From the NCBI GenBank assembly GCA_963827235.1, contig CAWHAE010000016.1, forward strand, positions 128,001-192,000: DNA of 64,000 nt, given 5' to 3'. This document shows, one piece after another, positions 9,805-19,664 of the stretch (the first letter of the stretch is position 1; the number at the start of each line of letters is the position of its first letter). Under the pieces are notes generated by a model. It searched no databases, had not been told where the DNA came from, and saw only the letters and a program-made list of their open reading frames with translations. The stretch is from an uncultured bacterium (GTDB taxonomy: Bacteria; Chloroflexota; UBA5177; JANWHV01). Made by a program: the position numbers and the translations under genes.

Positions 9805-9861
9805 CTGGCTCACTTTGCAGGATGCCAGACGGGGATGGTCGCGGTGTGGCTTTGCGATACG

Positions 9862-11793
9862 CTAGACTTCCTTATACTCACCCTCGACGGTGTTCTCGTC
9901 GTGCGGGGTGCTCGCGTCACCATCGGAGGCGCCGTCGTAGCCGCCCGCGCCCTCAAACCCGGCTCCCCCGCTGCTACCGTCGCCGCCGGCGGCCTGACCG
10001 TAGATGGCGCTGCCGATTCCCTGCAGTGCCTTCTTGAGCGCCTCCGAGGCCGACTTGATGCGTTCAATGTCGTCCGTCTTGAGAGCCGCTTCGACGTCGC
10101 CGATGTTGTGCTGGATCTCGGCCGTGAGCTCGCTGCTTATCCGCTCCTTGTGCTCGTCGAGGGTCTTCCGCGCGCTATAGACCATGTTGTCGGCCGAGTT
10201 GCGGACCTCGACCTCCTCGCGCCGCCTCGCGTCGTCGGCCGCGTGCGACTCGGCTTCGCGCACCATGCGCTCGACCTCGTCCTTGGCCAGTCCACTTGAA
10301 GCTGTGATCGTAATCTTCTTGTCCTTGCCCGTGCCCTTGTCCTTAGCGGACACGTGGACGACACCGTTGACGTCGATGTCGAACGTGACCTCGATCTGTG
10401 GCACTCCGCGGGGCGCCGGCAAGATCCCTTCGAGATGGAACTTGCCCAGCGTTTTGTTGTACTGCGCGAGCTCCCGCTCGCCCTGAAGCACGTGGATCTC
10501 CACGCTCGGCTGATTGTCCGCCGCGGTCGAGAACACCTGGCTCTTGCTCGTCGGGATGGTCGTGTTTCGCTCGATCAGCTTGGTGAATACACCGCCGAGC
10601 GTCTCGATGCCGAGGCTCAAGGGAGTGACGTCCAGCAGCAGGACATCCTTGACGTCCCCCGACAGCACCCCTGCCTGAATAGCCGCGCCGATCGCGACCA
10701 CCTCGTCCGGGTTCACACTCCGGTTCGGTTCTTTGCCGAAGAGCTCGCGCACCATGGACTGCACGGCCGGCATGCGCGTCTGCCCGCCCACCAGTACGAC
10801 CTCATCAATCTCGGCGGGACGGAGTCCGGCGTCCTTGAGCGCAAGCTGTACCGGCCCCTTGGAGCGTTCAATCAGCTCGCCGACGAGTTGTTCGAGCTTG
10901 GCGCGGGTCAGGTTCATGACGAGGTGCTTCGGTCCGCTGGCATCGGCGGTGATGAAGGGCAGGTTGATCTCCGTGGTCATCGCGCTGCTCAGCTCGATCT
11001 TGGCCTTCTCCGCCGCTTCCTTGAGTCGCTGCAGCGCCACGCGATCCTCGCGTACGTCGATCCCCTGCTCACGCCTGAACTCGTCGGCCAGCCAATTGAT
11101 AATCCGCTGGTCGAAGTCGTCGCCGCCAAGGTGTGTGTCGCCGTTCGTGCTCTTTACTTCGAACACGCCATCGCCAAGCTCGAGGATGGAGATATCGAAG
11201 GTACCGCCGCCGAGGTCGTAGACGGCAATCTTCTCGTCCTTTTTCTTGTCCAGTCCGTATGCAAGCGACGAAGCGGTAGGCTCGTTGATGATTCGCAGCA
11301 CATTCAGACCGGCGATCTTGCCGGCATCTTTGGTGGCCTCGCGCTGGCTGTTATTGAAGTAGGCGGGCACCGTGATAACGGCTTCGGTCACCTTCGATCC
11401 CAGATACGCCTCGGCATCGGCCTTCAGCTTGCCCAGGATCATAGCGCTAATCTCTGCCGGGGCATACTGCTTGCCCATCACCTCGACGGCAACGTCGCCG
11501 TTTGAGCGCTCGGCAACCTTGAACGGCACCATTCGCTTGTCTCTATCCACGTCCGGCTCAGCGTACTTGCGGCCCATGAAGCGCTTCACGCTGAACACCG
11601 TGTTCTCGGAATTCGTGATCGCCTGCCGCTTGGCCACCTGACCGACCAGACGCTCGCCCGCCTTGGTGAACGCCACCACCGACGGTGTCGTTCGGCTTCC
11701 CTCGGCGTTCGGAATGACGACGGGCTCGCCGCCTTCCATCACCGCGACGCAAGAGTTAGTCGTGCCGAGGTCGATACCAATAACTTTTCCCAT
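9862..11793 (-). CDS. dnaK: chaperone DnaK (Hsp70)
   Basis: [24 protein letters not shown]. Confidence 0.99.
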   Translation of the reverse strand: MGKVIGIDLGTTNSCVAVMEGGEPVVIPNAEGSRTTPSVVAFTKAGERLVGQVAKRQAITNSENTVFSVKRFMGRKYAEPDVDRDKRMVPFKVAERSNGDVAVEVMGKQYAPAEISAMILGKLKADAEAYLGSKVTEAVITVPAYFNNSQREATKDAGKIAGLNVLRIINEPTASSLAYGLDKKKDEKIAVYDLGGGTFDISILELGDGVFEVKSTNGDTHLGGDDFDQRIINWLADEFRREQGIDVREDRVALQRLKEAAEKAKIELSSAMTTEINLPFITADASGPKHLVMNLTRAKLEQLVGELIERSKGPVQLALKDAGLRPAEIDEVVLVGGQTRMPAVQSMVRELFGKEPNRSVNPDEVVAIGAAIQAGVLSGDVKDVLLLDVTPLSLGIETLGGVFTKLIERNTTIPTSKSQVFSTAADNQPSVEIHVLQGERELAQYNKTLGKFHLEGILPAPRGVPQIEVTFDIDVNGVVHVSAKDKGTGKDKKITITASSGLAKDEVERMVREAESHAADDARRREEVEVRNSADNMVYSARKTLDEHKERISSELTAEIQHNIGDVEAALKTDDIERIKSASEALKKALQGIGSAIYGQAAGGDGSSGGAGFEGAGGYDGASDGDASTPHDENTVEGEYKEV

Positions 11794-11799
11794 GACTGT

Positions 11800-12483
11800 C
11801 TAGCTCTCCTCCGTTGTACTGGCCGCGGATTCCACACGCTTGGCGACCTTTACGAGGGTCGGGCGCACCACCTTGTCGTGCAGCATATAGCCACGCTGCA
11901 GCTCGGCGATGACTTCATCATCTTCATAATCCATTGTTGCTTCCTGTATTATTGCTTCGTGCACCATGGGGTCGAAGCGCGTGCCGAGTGCCACGATAGG
12001 CTTCAGGCCCTGTTTTTCGAGCGTGGCGCGTAACTGCCGATCGACGAGCACCAGGCCGTCCATCCATGGTAGTGCGCTGACGGCTTCAGGAATCGTGGCC
12101 AGCGCGCGATCCAGATTGTCGAGCACGGGCAGCAGCTCCTGTACCAACAACAGGTTGGCGAAACGCGCCTGCTGCTCCCGTTCCTGATCGTTGCGCCGCT
12201 TGTAGTTGGCAAAATCGGCCTGGGTACGCAAGAGCCGCTGGACCGCGTCCTCGCACTTGGCCTGCTCGTCCGCAATTCGCTGCTGCACGGCCTTTTCCAG
12301 AACGGCTGCTTGGTCGTCGGTAAGTCTGATGTCGCCGAGCGATGAGACGAACGTCGCCGCGGCATCGGTCTGCGCTCCGCCAGTGCCATGCTGTCTGCCC
12401 GGGCCGCCTTCTTTTCGCTTTCCCCGTGCGCGGTGATCGCTGCCCTCAGATGCCGATTCTACTTGCTGGTGCTCCTCGTCCAT
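11800..12483 (-). CDS. grpE: nucleotide exchange factor GrpE
   Basis: ADFANYKRR, LLPVLDNLDRA, FDPMVHEA, QRGY...VRPTLVKV. The ATG at 12483 has an SD. Confidence 0.95.
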   Translation of the reverse strand: MDEEHQQVESASEGSDHRARGKRKEGGPGRQHGTGGAQTDAAATFVSSLGDIRLTDDQAAVLEKAVQQRIADEQAKCEDAVQRLLRTQADFANYKRRNDQEREQQARFANLLLVQELLPVLDNLDRALATIPEAVSALPWMDGLVLVDRQLRATLEKQGLKPIVALGTRFDPMVHEAIIQEATMDYEDDEVIAELQRGYMLHDKVVRPTLVKVAKRVESAASTTEES

Positions 12484-12511
12484 CGCTTCCCCTATCGTCT
12501 GTTCCGCCGTG

Positions 12512-13585
12512 TCAGCCTTGCAGCTCACCGGCCAGCTCGCTGAGCAGATCCGTCATATAGCGCACGACGGCGACCGCTCTGCCGTAATGCATGCGCATCG
12601 GCCCAAACACACCTATCAGGCCCATGCCCCCACCCTCGGCACCATACCGGGAGGCAATGACGCTGAATGGCCCCAAATCTTCGTAAACACCTTCGCCGCC
12701 AATGAACACCTGGACGCCGCCGCCGCTGAGCACGTGCGGCAGCAGCCGCCGAAGCAGCATACCCTGCTGCAGCATTTCGAGCATCTGAATCATGCCGTGC
12801 GCTACCTGCTGCCTCTCTTGGCCGCGCGCCTGCGCCGGGCTGGAGAATTCTGCCTGGCCAAGCACGTTGGCAATGCCGTCATAGTACACGGCAGGTATGT
12901 CTTGCTCGTCGTAGGCTCGCATCAGGCGAGCGACGGCCTCGGCCGCCGCACGCTCGAGTCCGGCGGGCAAGGCGAGCGCAACCTGATCGACGCCGGTGGC
13001 CGTTCGGCCTTCGATACGCCTATTCAGCGACGCAGCGGCGCGCGAGAGAACGTCCTGGGCCGACGGCATCTCGAGGGCCACCATCTGCTGATGGACGAGC
13101 CCTCCCTGCAAAACGAGCACCAGCAGCGCCACCGAATCCTGAATGCTGATCAGCTCCAGGTGCTTCACGCGACTCTCAGCCACGCGCGGCGCAGTGATCA
13201 GCGCCGCATTTTGCACCTGCTGAGCGAGAATCGCCGCCGAAAGCCGCAACCATTCCGTCAGGTCCATCTGGACCTGATGGAACTGGTGTGCGATCGTCCG
13301 CTGCTCATCGGCCGGCACGGCGGGCTCGTCCATCAAGCCTTCGACATAGTAGCGGTACCCACGATCCGTGGGCACCCTGCCACCCGACGTGTGAGGCTGC
13401 GCGAGGTATCCCATCTCTTCGAGAGTCGCCAGCTCGTTGCGAATGGTGGCTGAGCTCACTCCCAGACCAGATAGCGTCTCCACGCGGCCACTGCTCACGG
13501 CCTGCGCGGTACGCACGTATTCCTGCACCACGACCTTGAGGATGGTGCGCCTGCGCTCCGTCAAAATGCTGATGTTCCCTGACAC
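12512..13585 (-). CDS. hrcA: heat-inducible transcription repressor HrcA
   Basis: SSATIRNEL, QPHTSGGRVPTDRGYRYYV, GPMRMHY. Confidence 0.97.
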   Translation of the reverse strand: MSGNISILTERRRTILKVVVQEYVRTAQAVSSGRVETLSGLGVSSATIRNELATLEEMGYLAQPHTSGGRVPTDRGYRYYVEGLMDEPAVPADEQRTIAHQFHQVQMDLTEWLRLSAAILAQQVQNAALITAPRVAESRVKHLELISIQDSVALLVLVLQGGLVHQQMVALEMPSAQDVLSRAAASLNRRIEGRTATGVDQVALALPAGLERAAAEAVARLMRAYDEQDIPAVYYDGIANVLGQAEFSSPAQARGQERQQVAHGMIQMLEMLQQGMLLRRLLPHVLSGGGVQVFIGGEGVYEDLGPFSVIASRYGAEGGGMGLIGVFGPMRMHYGRAVAVVRYMTDLLSELAGELQG

Positions 13586-13598
13586 CTGTACCTCGGAC

Positions 13599-13625
13599 TT
13601 AGCAGTCTCGCCAGTTGAGTGCTAA
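13599..13625 (-). promoter_or_regulatory. CIRCE element (HrcA operator)
   Basis: Minus strand reads TTAGCACTC-N9-GACTGCTAA, one mismatch to consensus, just upstream of hrcA. Confidence 0.95.
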
Positions 13626-13637
13626 CTACCTGGCAAC

Positions 13638-13666
13638 AATGTAGCACTTGCGCGTTGTACTGTCAA
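13638..13666 (-). promoter_or_regulatory. sigma70-type promoter of the hrcA-dnaK operon
   Basis: TTGACA, 17-nt spacer ending in TGC, then TACATT on the minus strand. Confidence 0.8.
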
Positions 13667-13793
13667 GAAAGCTATACGTATGGTGCGCGGTATGCCCTGA
13701 AGGCTGCCCGGTCGAACGACTCTCCCGCGCGCACCATCCCGCGGACGTTACTGCCGTCCGCCTACCAGTATCGCATGGACACGGGGCTGCATG

Positions 13794-15311
13794 TCACTCC
13801 CCTGCTTTTACCTCTTCCCACAGCGCGTCGAGCATTTGCGGGCCTAGATCCGCAAGCGCGAGATTACGCTGCGCGCACAGGCTCTCCACGGACTCGAAGC
13901 GGCGGCGAAACTTCGCATTGGCCTTGCGCAGTGCCTCGTCAGCGTCCACGTGGAGGTGCCGGCACAGGCTGACGATCGCGAACAGCAGGTCCCCGACCTC
14001 CTCCAGCACTGCTTCGGGTCCGGCGGTCTTCACCTCGTCCAATTCCTCGGCCACCTTGTCGTACACGGGCACAATGTCCGGCCACTCGAAGCCCAGGGCT
14101 GCTGCCTTGCGCTGCATGGTCTGCGACGCGATGAGCGATGGCATGGAGACCGGCACGCCCGACAGCGCGGATTGATCGGGTCGGCGCTCAAGTGTCTTCC
14201 GTTTCTCCCAGGTCTGCAGCACCTCGTCGGCCGTGTCGAGCTGCATACTGCCGAACACGTGAGGATGGCGCTGGATCAGCTTCCTCGCCGCGGCCTCCAC
14301 GACCTGCACCAGGTCGAAGTCGCCGCTCTCTTCACCAATCTGCGACATGAGCACGACCTCGAGGAGCACGTCGCCCATCTCCTCGACAGCGGACGCCATA
14401 TCCTCAAGGTCAAGCGCTTCCACCAGCTCATGCGCCTCCTCGAGCACGTGTGGCTTCAGCGTCTGAAGTGTCTGCTTTCGATCCCACGGGCATCCATCCG
14501 GCTGGCGAAGCCTCGCCGCGATGAACGGCATGGCAGCCAGGCTCCGCACGTCCAGCAGCGGATCGATCGGAGCCACATAGACCGAGGTCAGATGGTCGAA
14601 GGACTCGCTGTGATCGAGCTCGGCCAGAGCAACCTCACGCGTTCGCTGATCGAGCGTGCCGGCTGCGCTGACCACAACAACCGTGTGGCCCTCCGGATAG
14701 CGCTCCAGCAGCCACAGCTTGACCGCGCTTGCCACGCGTCGATCGTAGACCTGGCCGATGAGCAAGGGCCTGCCGGCCGTGTGCAGCCTGGGCGAGACGC
14801 CCGCCCATATGCCGGCGAGTGCGGTTGCGTCCGAGGCCAGAAGCGAGGCCCCGTCGAGCAAAGCCAGCGATTCACTCAGCGGGTCGACATGCAGCGCCGA
14901 GATCACCGGCTCGACGAAGCTGACGGCGTCGAATACTCGCACGTGCACGCCCCGCAGAGGGGCAATCTCGAGAAGCTGCGTGACCGTCCGCTCGCCTACC
15001 AACGGATGGCCGGGCACGGCATAGACGATAGGATCGGCCGACGTGCGCGCGGTGTCGATCAGATCGTCGACGATGGCGGAGTATAGCTCGTCGAACGTCT
15101 CCGCTCGCTCGTACAGATCGTCAAAGCTCCTCAATCTCTGGGCGGAGCCCAGCATGGCCTTGAGCGGCACAACGGTCGGGTGCACGAAGGTGCGAAAACA
15201 GATCGTAGTGGCGGCGCGCACGGTGTCGAGTGTGCCGACGGTGAGCGACGACCATTCGCCTGGTCCCAGTCCGACGATCCGTATCTCGGGGCCGTGGCCC
15301 TCCGCCTGCAT
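13794..15311 (-). CDS. mazG: YabN-type tetrapyrrole-methylase/MazG nucleoside triphosphate pyrophosphohydrolase
   Basis: VGLGPG, YAVPGHP, GCPWDRKQT, EEMGDVLL, RHPHVFG, EEVGDLLF. Confidence 0.92.
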   Translation of the reverse strand: MQAEGHGPEIRIVGLGPGEWSSLTVGTLDTVRAATTICFRTFVHPTVVPLKAMLGSAQRLRSFDDLYERAETFDELYSAIVDDLIDTARTSADPIVYAVPGHPLVGERTVTQLLEIAPLRGVHVRVFDAVSFVEPVISALHVDPLSESLALLDGASLLASDATALAGIWAGVSPRLHTAGRPLLIGQVYDRRVASAVKLWLLERYPEGHTVVVVSAAGTLDQRTREVALAELDHSESFDHLTSVYVAPIDPLLDVRSLAAMPFIAARLRQPDGCPWDRKQTLQTLKPHVLEEAHELVEALDLEDMASAVEEMGDVLLEVVLMSQIGEESGDFDLVQVVEAAARKLIQRHPHVFGSMQLDTADEVLQTWEKRKTLERRPDQSALSGVPVSMPSLIASQTMQRKAAALGFEWPDIVPVYDKVAEELDEVKTAGPEAVLEEVGDLLFAIVSLCRHLHVDADEALRKANAKFRRRFESVESLCAQRNLALADLGPQMLDALWEEVKAGE

Positions 15312-15340
15312 AATAGAACGACCTCCCTGCTCGCGCCGGC

Positions 15341-16330
15341 CTATCCGGCCTCGACGCGACGCGCTCCTTCTTCATTACGACCCGCGGCTGCCGCCCGGCG
15401 GGCCACCACGGTAGCGGGCGCGTTGCCGGCAAACAGCCCCGGTTCCGGGACGCCGGTAAGAACGCGGAGGGCGCACGGCAGTGTCTCGAAGCGAGCAGGA
15501 GCGAAACCGTGGAAGTCGCCGTCTACCTGCAGGGGTATCGCGGTCTCGGACTCCACCACTACGACTCGCGCACGGCCATAGAGCAGCCGCTGCCGGAGTG
15601 CCGAGAAGCCGCTGGCGATCGCGCCAAGCTGGCCCACACCATCCAGAATTGTCTCTCCACGCACCACGACGACATCCAGCATGCCGTCGTCTGCTACGGC
15701 GTGATTCGTGGCCAGGAACGGACCCGCGTAGCGGCGAGTGTTGCCCACCACCAGTGCCAGCGCGGTGCAGCGCACGATCCTTCCGTCCAGCGAGATGTTC
15801 ACCGCGCTGCCACGGTATCTCGTCGCCAGTGTGAGAAACGAGGCGCCGTAGGCCAGCCGGCCGACGCGCCGTTTGAGTGCGAGGTTGAGGCCCTGGACGG
15901 TTGCCGCGTCCAGGCCCACGCTCGCCATCAGCAGGAATCGGCGTCCGCCCACGCGGCCGACGTCGATTCTGCGCACATCGCCGGCGCTGAGCAGCCTGGC
16001 AAGCGCGTCCGGTCTGGCGGGCAAACCAGCCTCGGTCGCCCAGAGGTTGACCGTGCCGGCCGGGATGACACCGAGAATTGCGTCCGAGCCCGCCAGCGGC
16101 TGAAGAACCTCGTTCACGGTGCCATCGCCTCCGGCGGCCACGACCAGATCGAAGCCGTCGTGCAGCGCGCGCTCAGCGAGGTCGGTGCCGTGGCCCGGGC
16201 CGCGAGTGAGGTCGACGCGTACCTCATGACCTATCTCACGCAGCCGCGACGCCACCACGCCGGTCAACTGCCGGTGGGATGCCGGCCCGGCCTCGGGATT
16301 GTGTACGATGCAGACGCGGCGCAGGACCAT
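15341..16330 (-). CDS. YegS/DAGK-family lipid kinase
   Basis: NPEAG, GGDGTVNEV, PAGTVN, QVDGD. Confidence 0.9.
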   Translation of the reverse strand: MVLRRVCIVHNPEAGPASHRQLTGVVASRLREIGHEVRVDLTRGPGHGTDLAERALHDGFDLVVAAGGDGTVNEVLQPLAGSDAILGVIPAGTVNLWATEAGLPARPDALARLLSAGDVRRIDVGRVGGRRFLLMASVGLDAATVQGLNLALKRRVGRLAYGASFLTLATRYRGSAVNISLDGRIVRCTALALVVGNTRRYAGPFLATNHAVADDGMLDVVVVRGETILDGVGQLGAIASGFSALRQRLLYGRARVVVVESETAIPLQVDGDFHGFAPARFETLPCALRVLTGVPEPGLFAGNAPATVVARRAAAAGRNEEGARRVEAG

Positions 16331-16331
16331 C

Positions 16332-17837
16332 TCAGTGCCCGGATCTCAGCGACTGAAGGATCTCACGTGCCACCTGTGCCTCGTCCCACGGCAACGAGCC
16401 TCCAGCCATGAACATGTTCTTCTCGTGCCCCTTGCCGGCGAGGAGCACCGCGTCGCCCGCTCGCGCTGAGGCGAGGGCCCACGCGATGGCCCCTCGCCGA
16501 TCAGGAATGATATGCAGATTGACGCCGTCACGCGAACCTGCTTGCCGCGCACCGGTGGCGATCTGCTCGATGATCGCTGTCGACGGCTCGCCGCGAGGAT
16601 CCTCGTCGGTCAGCACGATGAGGTCGGCCAGCCGGGCTGCCACGGCACCCATGGCCGGTCGCTTCTCGTGGTCGCGGTCGCCGGCACTGCCGAATACCGC
16701 GATCAGCCGGCCCGAGGCAAGCGGACGCAAGGTTTCCAACACCGTCTCCAGGCTTGCCGCGGTGTGGGCGTAGTCGACAACCACGGTGAACGCCTGTCCT
16801 TCGTCCAAGCGCTGCATGCGTCCGGGAACGCCCTTGAACGACTGTAGCGCCTCCGCGGCGGCCCCTAGGTCCTCCCCACGTCCTGCGAGCGTGGCCAGCA
16901 CACCCAGGCAGTTATAGACGTTGAACCGGCCCGGCATAGGCGTCGTGGCTCGGACCTCATGACCGTTTGCCCTGACGGTGAAACTGGAACCGCTGGGCCC
17001 GCAGTACAGGTCCAGGGCACGCACCATTGCCTCTGACGAGAGTCCGTACGTAAGAATCTCCACGGGAGCGCCCGGGATGAGCTGGGCGCTTCCCTCGTCA
17101 TCGAGATTGATCGCCGCGAAATGCGGTCCTGGACGATGTGAGTTCTCGCTCACCGCCTGCAGCAGCGATGCCTTTGCGGCGATGTAGCGCTCTCGCGTGC
17201 CGTGGAACTCGAGGTGCTCGCTGGTGATGTTGGTGACGACGGCGTCGTCAAAGCGCACACCCCGAACGCGATCGAGGGCCAGCCCGTGACTCGTCGCCTC
17301 GACGACCGCGTCGGTAACGCCTACCTGAGCCATGCGGGCTAACGCTGCCTGGACCTCCGGGGACTCGAGCGTGGACTGCCGCAGGTCGTTGTCTACCCAG
17401 GTGTCCCCGTAGCGAAACGCCACCGTGCTCAGCAGGCCGGTGCTTCGGCCCAGTGCGGTGAGCACGTGGCTGAGCAGGAACGTGGTGGTCGTCTTGCCGT
17501 CGGTCCCGGTAACACCAGTTATGTGTAGTCTCGCGGACGGATAGCCGCAGAGTGCCGCGGCGATATCTGCCAACGCCTTCCGGGTCGACGGCACTTCCAC
17601 GCATGGCAGACCTTCTGCCTCCGGCACCGGGCGCTCGACCACCGCCATACAGGCGCCCGCGCGCAGCGCATCGCGCACATACCGGTGCCCGTCGGTCACA
17701 GTACCGGTCACCGCGACGAAGATGTCGCCCGGCCGGATCGCGCGCGAGTCGTAACGCACCGCGCCGACCTCCACGTCGATCGGCCGATCAGCCGTTCCGC
17801 CTATCCCGGCACGGGCGAGCACCTCACTCAGTTGCAA
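16332..17837 (-). CDS. murE: UDP-MurNAc-dipeptide:amino acid ligase MurE
   Basis: YDSR, GVTGTDGKTTT, EATSHGL, VDYAHT, DEDPR, AGKGHE. Confidence 0.95.
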   Translation of the reverse strand: MQLSEVLARAGIGGTADRPIDVEVGAVRYDSRAIRPGDIFVAVTGTVTDGHRYVRDALRAGACMAVVERPVPEAEGLPCVEVPSTRKALADIAAALCGYPSARLHITGVTGTDGKTTTTFLLSHVLTALGRSTGLLSTVAFRYGDTWVDNDLRQSTLESPEVQAALARMAQVGVTDAVVEATSHGLALDRVRGVRFDDAVVTNITSEHLEFHGTRERYIAAKASLLQAVSENSHRPGPHFAAINLDDEGSAQLIPGAPVEILTYGLSSEAMVRALDLYCGPSGSSFTVRANGHEVRATTPMPGRFNVYNCLGVLATLAGRGEDLGAAAEALQSFKGVPGRMQRLDEGQAFTVVVDYAHTAASLETVLETLRPLASGRLIAVFGSAGDRDHEKRPAMGAVAARLADLIVLTDEDPRGEPSTAIIEQIATGARQAGSRDGVNLHIIPDRRGAIAWALASARAGDAVLLAGKGHEKNMFMAGGSLPWDEAQVAREILQSLRSGH

Positions 17838-17902
17838 CGATCATATCCCCAGACATACTCATAGACGCAAGGTACAGAGTACAGCCATCCACCATAGAAC
17901 GG

Positions 17903-19252
17903 TTACGCTCCGGTGGGATTGATCCGCACGACCAGCGCTGCGAGCAGAATCAGCGCGACGACGACCAGCCCAAGGCCGGCCACAACCTTTGCCACGGGAC
18001 GACGATCCTCGAGGATCCGGTCGGGGGAGCCGATATTCGCCAGCGACAGCCATGGTCCGGCGATGAGCCCGGCCACCAAACCCGTCAGAAGGCCTCCGAC
18101 GTGCGCCCAGCCGTCAATCTGTCGATCGGCGAGCGGCAGCAACAGATTGAGCGCCGAGAGACCGAGCACCGATCCCACCAGCTGTCTGGAGATCAGGCCA
18201 AACACCGCTCGATTGGCAAAGGCGTACACACCAAGTGCGCCGAAAATGCCGAAGATCGCGCCCGATGCGCCCACCCCCAAGTCGGGTAGCGCGGCAAGGC
18301 TGAGCACGTTGCCTCCGATTCCCGCAGCCATGTACACGGCCAGGAATCGGAGCCTGCCGACGCAGCGCTCGTACAGGGTACCGACGAAGTAGAGGGACAT
18401 GCCGTTCACCAGCAGATGGGGCCAGCCGGCGTGCAAGAAGATGGGGGTGACCAGCCGCCAGTATTCGTGCAGATGCACAATGGCCGCCGGATCCTCGGCA
18501 CCGTAACGGTAGAGCACCGTCGAGTCGGTTGAGCCGCCGTTGGCCTCGAGCCACAACAGCACCAGGGTGTTCACGACGAGCAGTGCGTAGGTCAGAACGG
18601 GGAGGCGAAGCATCAGCCGCTGGTAGGCCATGTAGCTGATCCTGGGGTCGACCCGCGGCGTGTCACCGACCAGGCGGGCGATCGGCTGCGCGACGTACGA
18701 CCAGGCCAGGCGCACGCGCAGCTTCAGCGAGCCTGGCTGTTCGCGCAGACCCGCTCGCCAGGCGGCACGCAGATCCGAGAAACGACGATCGCGCTGAGCG
18801 ATCCGCGCCAGCGCCGCGGCGAACCTCCAGTTCTCCGGTTCAAGCGACACGGCCCGGCGCAGCTCAGCGTCGGCCAGATCGGGCCTGCCGCTGGCCAGGT
18901 AGAGTTGTCCCAGCGCGTGGTGCGCCCTGGCGAAGCCGGGATCGATCAGCACGGCGTTCCGGTACGGTTGGACGGCGTCCTGCGGCTTGTCCAGGGCCAT
19001 GGCCACCACGCCGAGAGCGTAGAAGGCGCGCGCATTTCGAGGATCGCCCTCGAGTGCCTGCCGTGCCGCTTCGGCTGCCTGCTCGAACTCAGCCAGACCC
19101 GCGAGGGCTTCCGCACGCACGGCGAGAGCGTCCCACCTATTGAGCCGCGCTGCCGCGCCTCCATCCAGCGAAGCGAGCACTCGTCTGTACTTCTCCCGAG
19201 AGAGAAGAGCATCAAGAGGCGCAATGGGATCACCGAAAGTAGCAGAGTCCAT
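17903..19252 (-). CDS. TPR-repeat + rhomboid intramembrane serine protease
   Basis: N-terminal TPR-like helices; WRLVTPIFLH, HLLVN, GASG (catalytic Ser), AHVGG (catalytic His). Confidence 0.9.
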   Translation of the reverse strand: MDSATFGDPIAPLDALLSREKYRRVLASLDGGAAARLNRWDALAVRAEALAGLAEFEQAAEAARQALEGDPRNARAFYALGVVAMALDKPQDAVQPYRNAVLIDPGFARAHHALGQLYLASGRPDLADAELRRAVSLEPENWRFAAALARIAQRDRRFSDLRAAWRAGLREQPGSLKLRVRLAWSYVAQPIARLVGDTPRVDPRISYMAYQRLMLRLPVLTYALLVVNTLVLLWLEANGGSTDSTVLYRYGAEDPAAIVHLHEYWRLVTPIFLHAGWPHLLVNGMSLYFVGTLYERCVGRLRFLAVYMAAGIGGNVLSLAALPDLGVGASGAIFGIFGALGVYAFANRAVFGLISRQLVGSVLGLSALNLLLPLADRQIDGWAHVGGLLTGLVAGLIAGPWLSLANIGSPDRILEDRRPVAKVVAGLGLVVVALILLAALVVRINPTGA

Positions 19253-19255
19253 GCA

Positions 19256-19546
19256 CTAAAGGTAGCCGTTCGGGAGTGTCCCGTCATGTGACGGCAATTC
19301 TCTCACCGGCTGGACCGAGCCGACCCGACAATTGTCGAAGGAGTGACTCTCCTTGATGATGAACACGAAGTGATCGATCTTTCCGAGTCCGGAAGGATGA
19401 GCCGGCAGCGCTGAGTATCGGCGGGCGGTGGCCGGGGACGCAGACAGCCATGGATTCTACAGCGCGGCCAGCCCCACCCCCGGCAGCAGCACGCCAGCGG
19501 CGATAGTCAGCCTGTAGTGCACGATAGCGAGCTCCGTTTGTAGCAC
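19256..19546 (-). pseudogene. 5' remnant of a secreted phosphoesterase/phospholipase C-family gene
   Basis: Hydrophobic signal-like segment, in-frame TAG at 19457-19459, then KIDHFVFIIKESHSFDN (family motif IxHxxxIxxENxSFD), truncated shortly after. Confidence 0.7.
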
Positions 19547-19664
19547 ATCGCCTTCGAGGGCTAAGCACCGTCCGGCGTCTGGGAGGTCTGTGCCGTAGTG
19601 TAGCAAACATCCAAGAATGGGTTGCCCGCCCCCGCGGCCCCGCGCCCCGCGGCTTCTACGCCGT

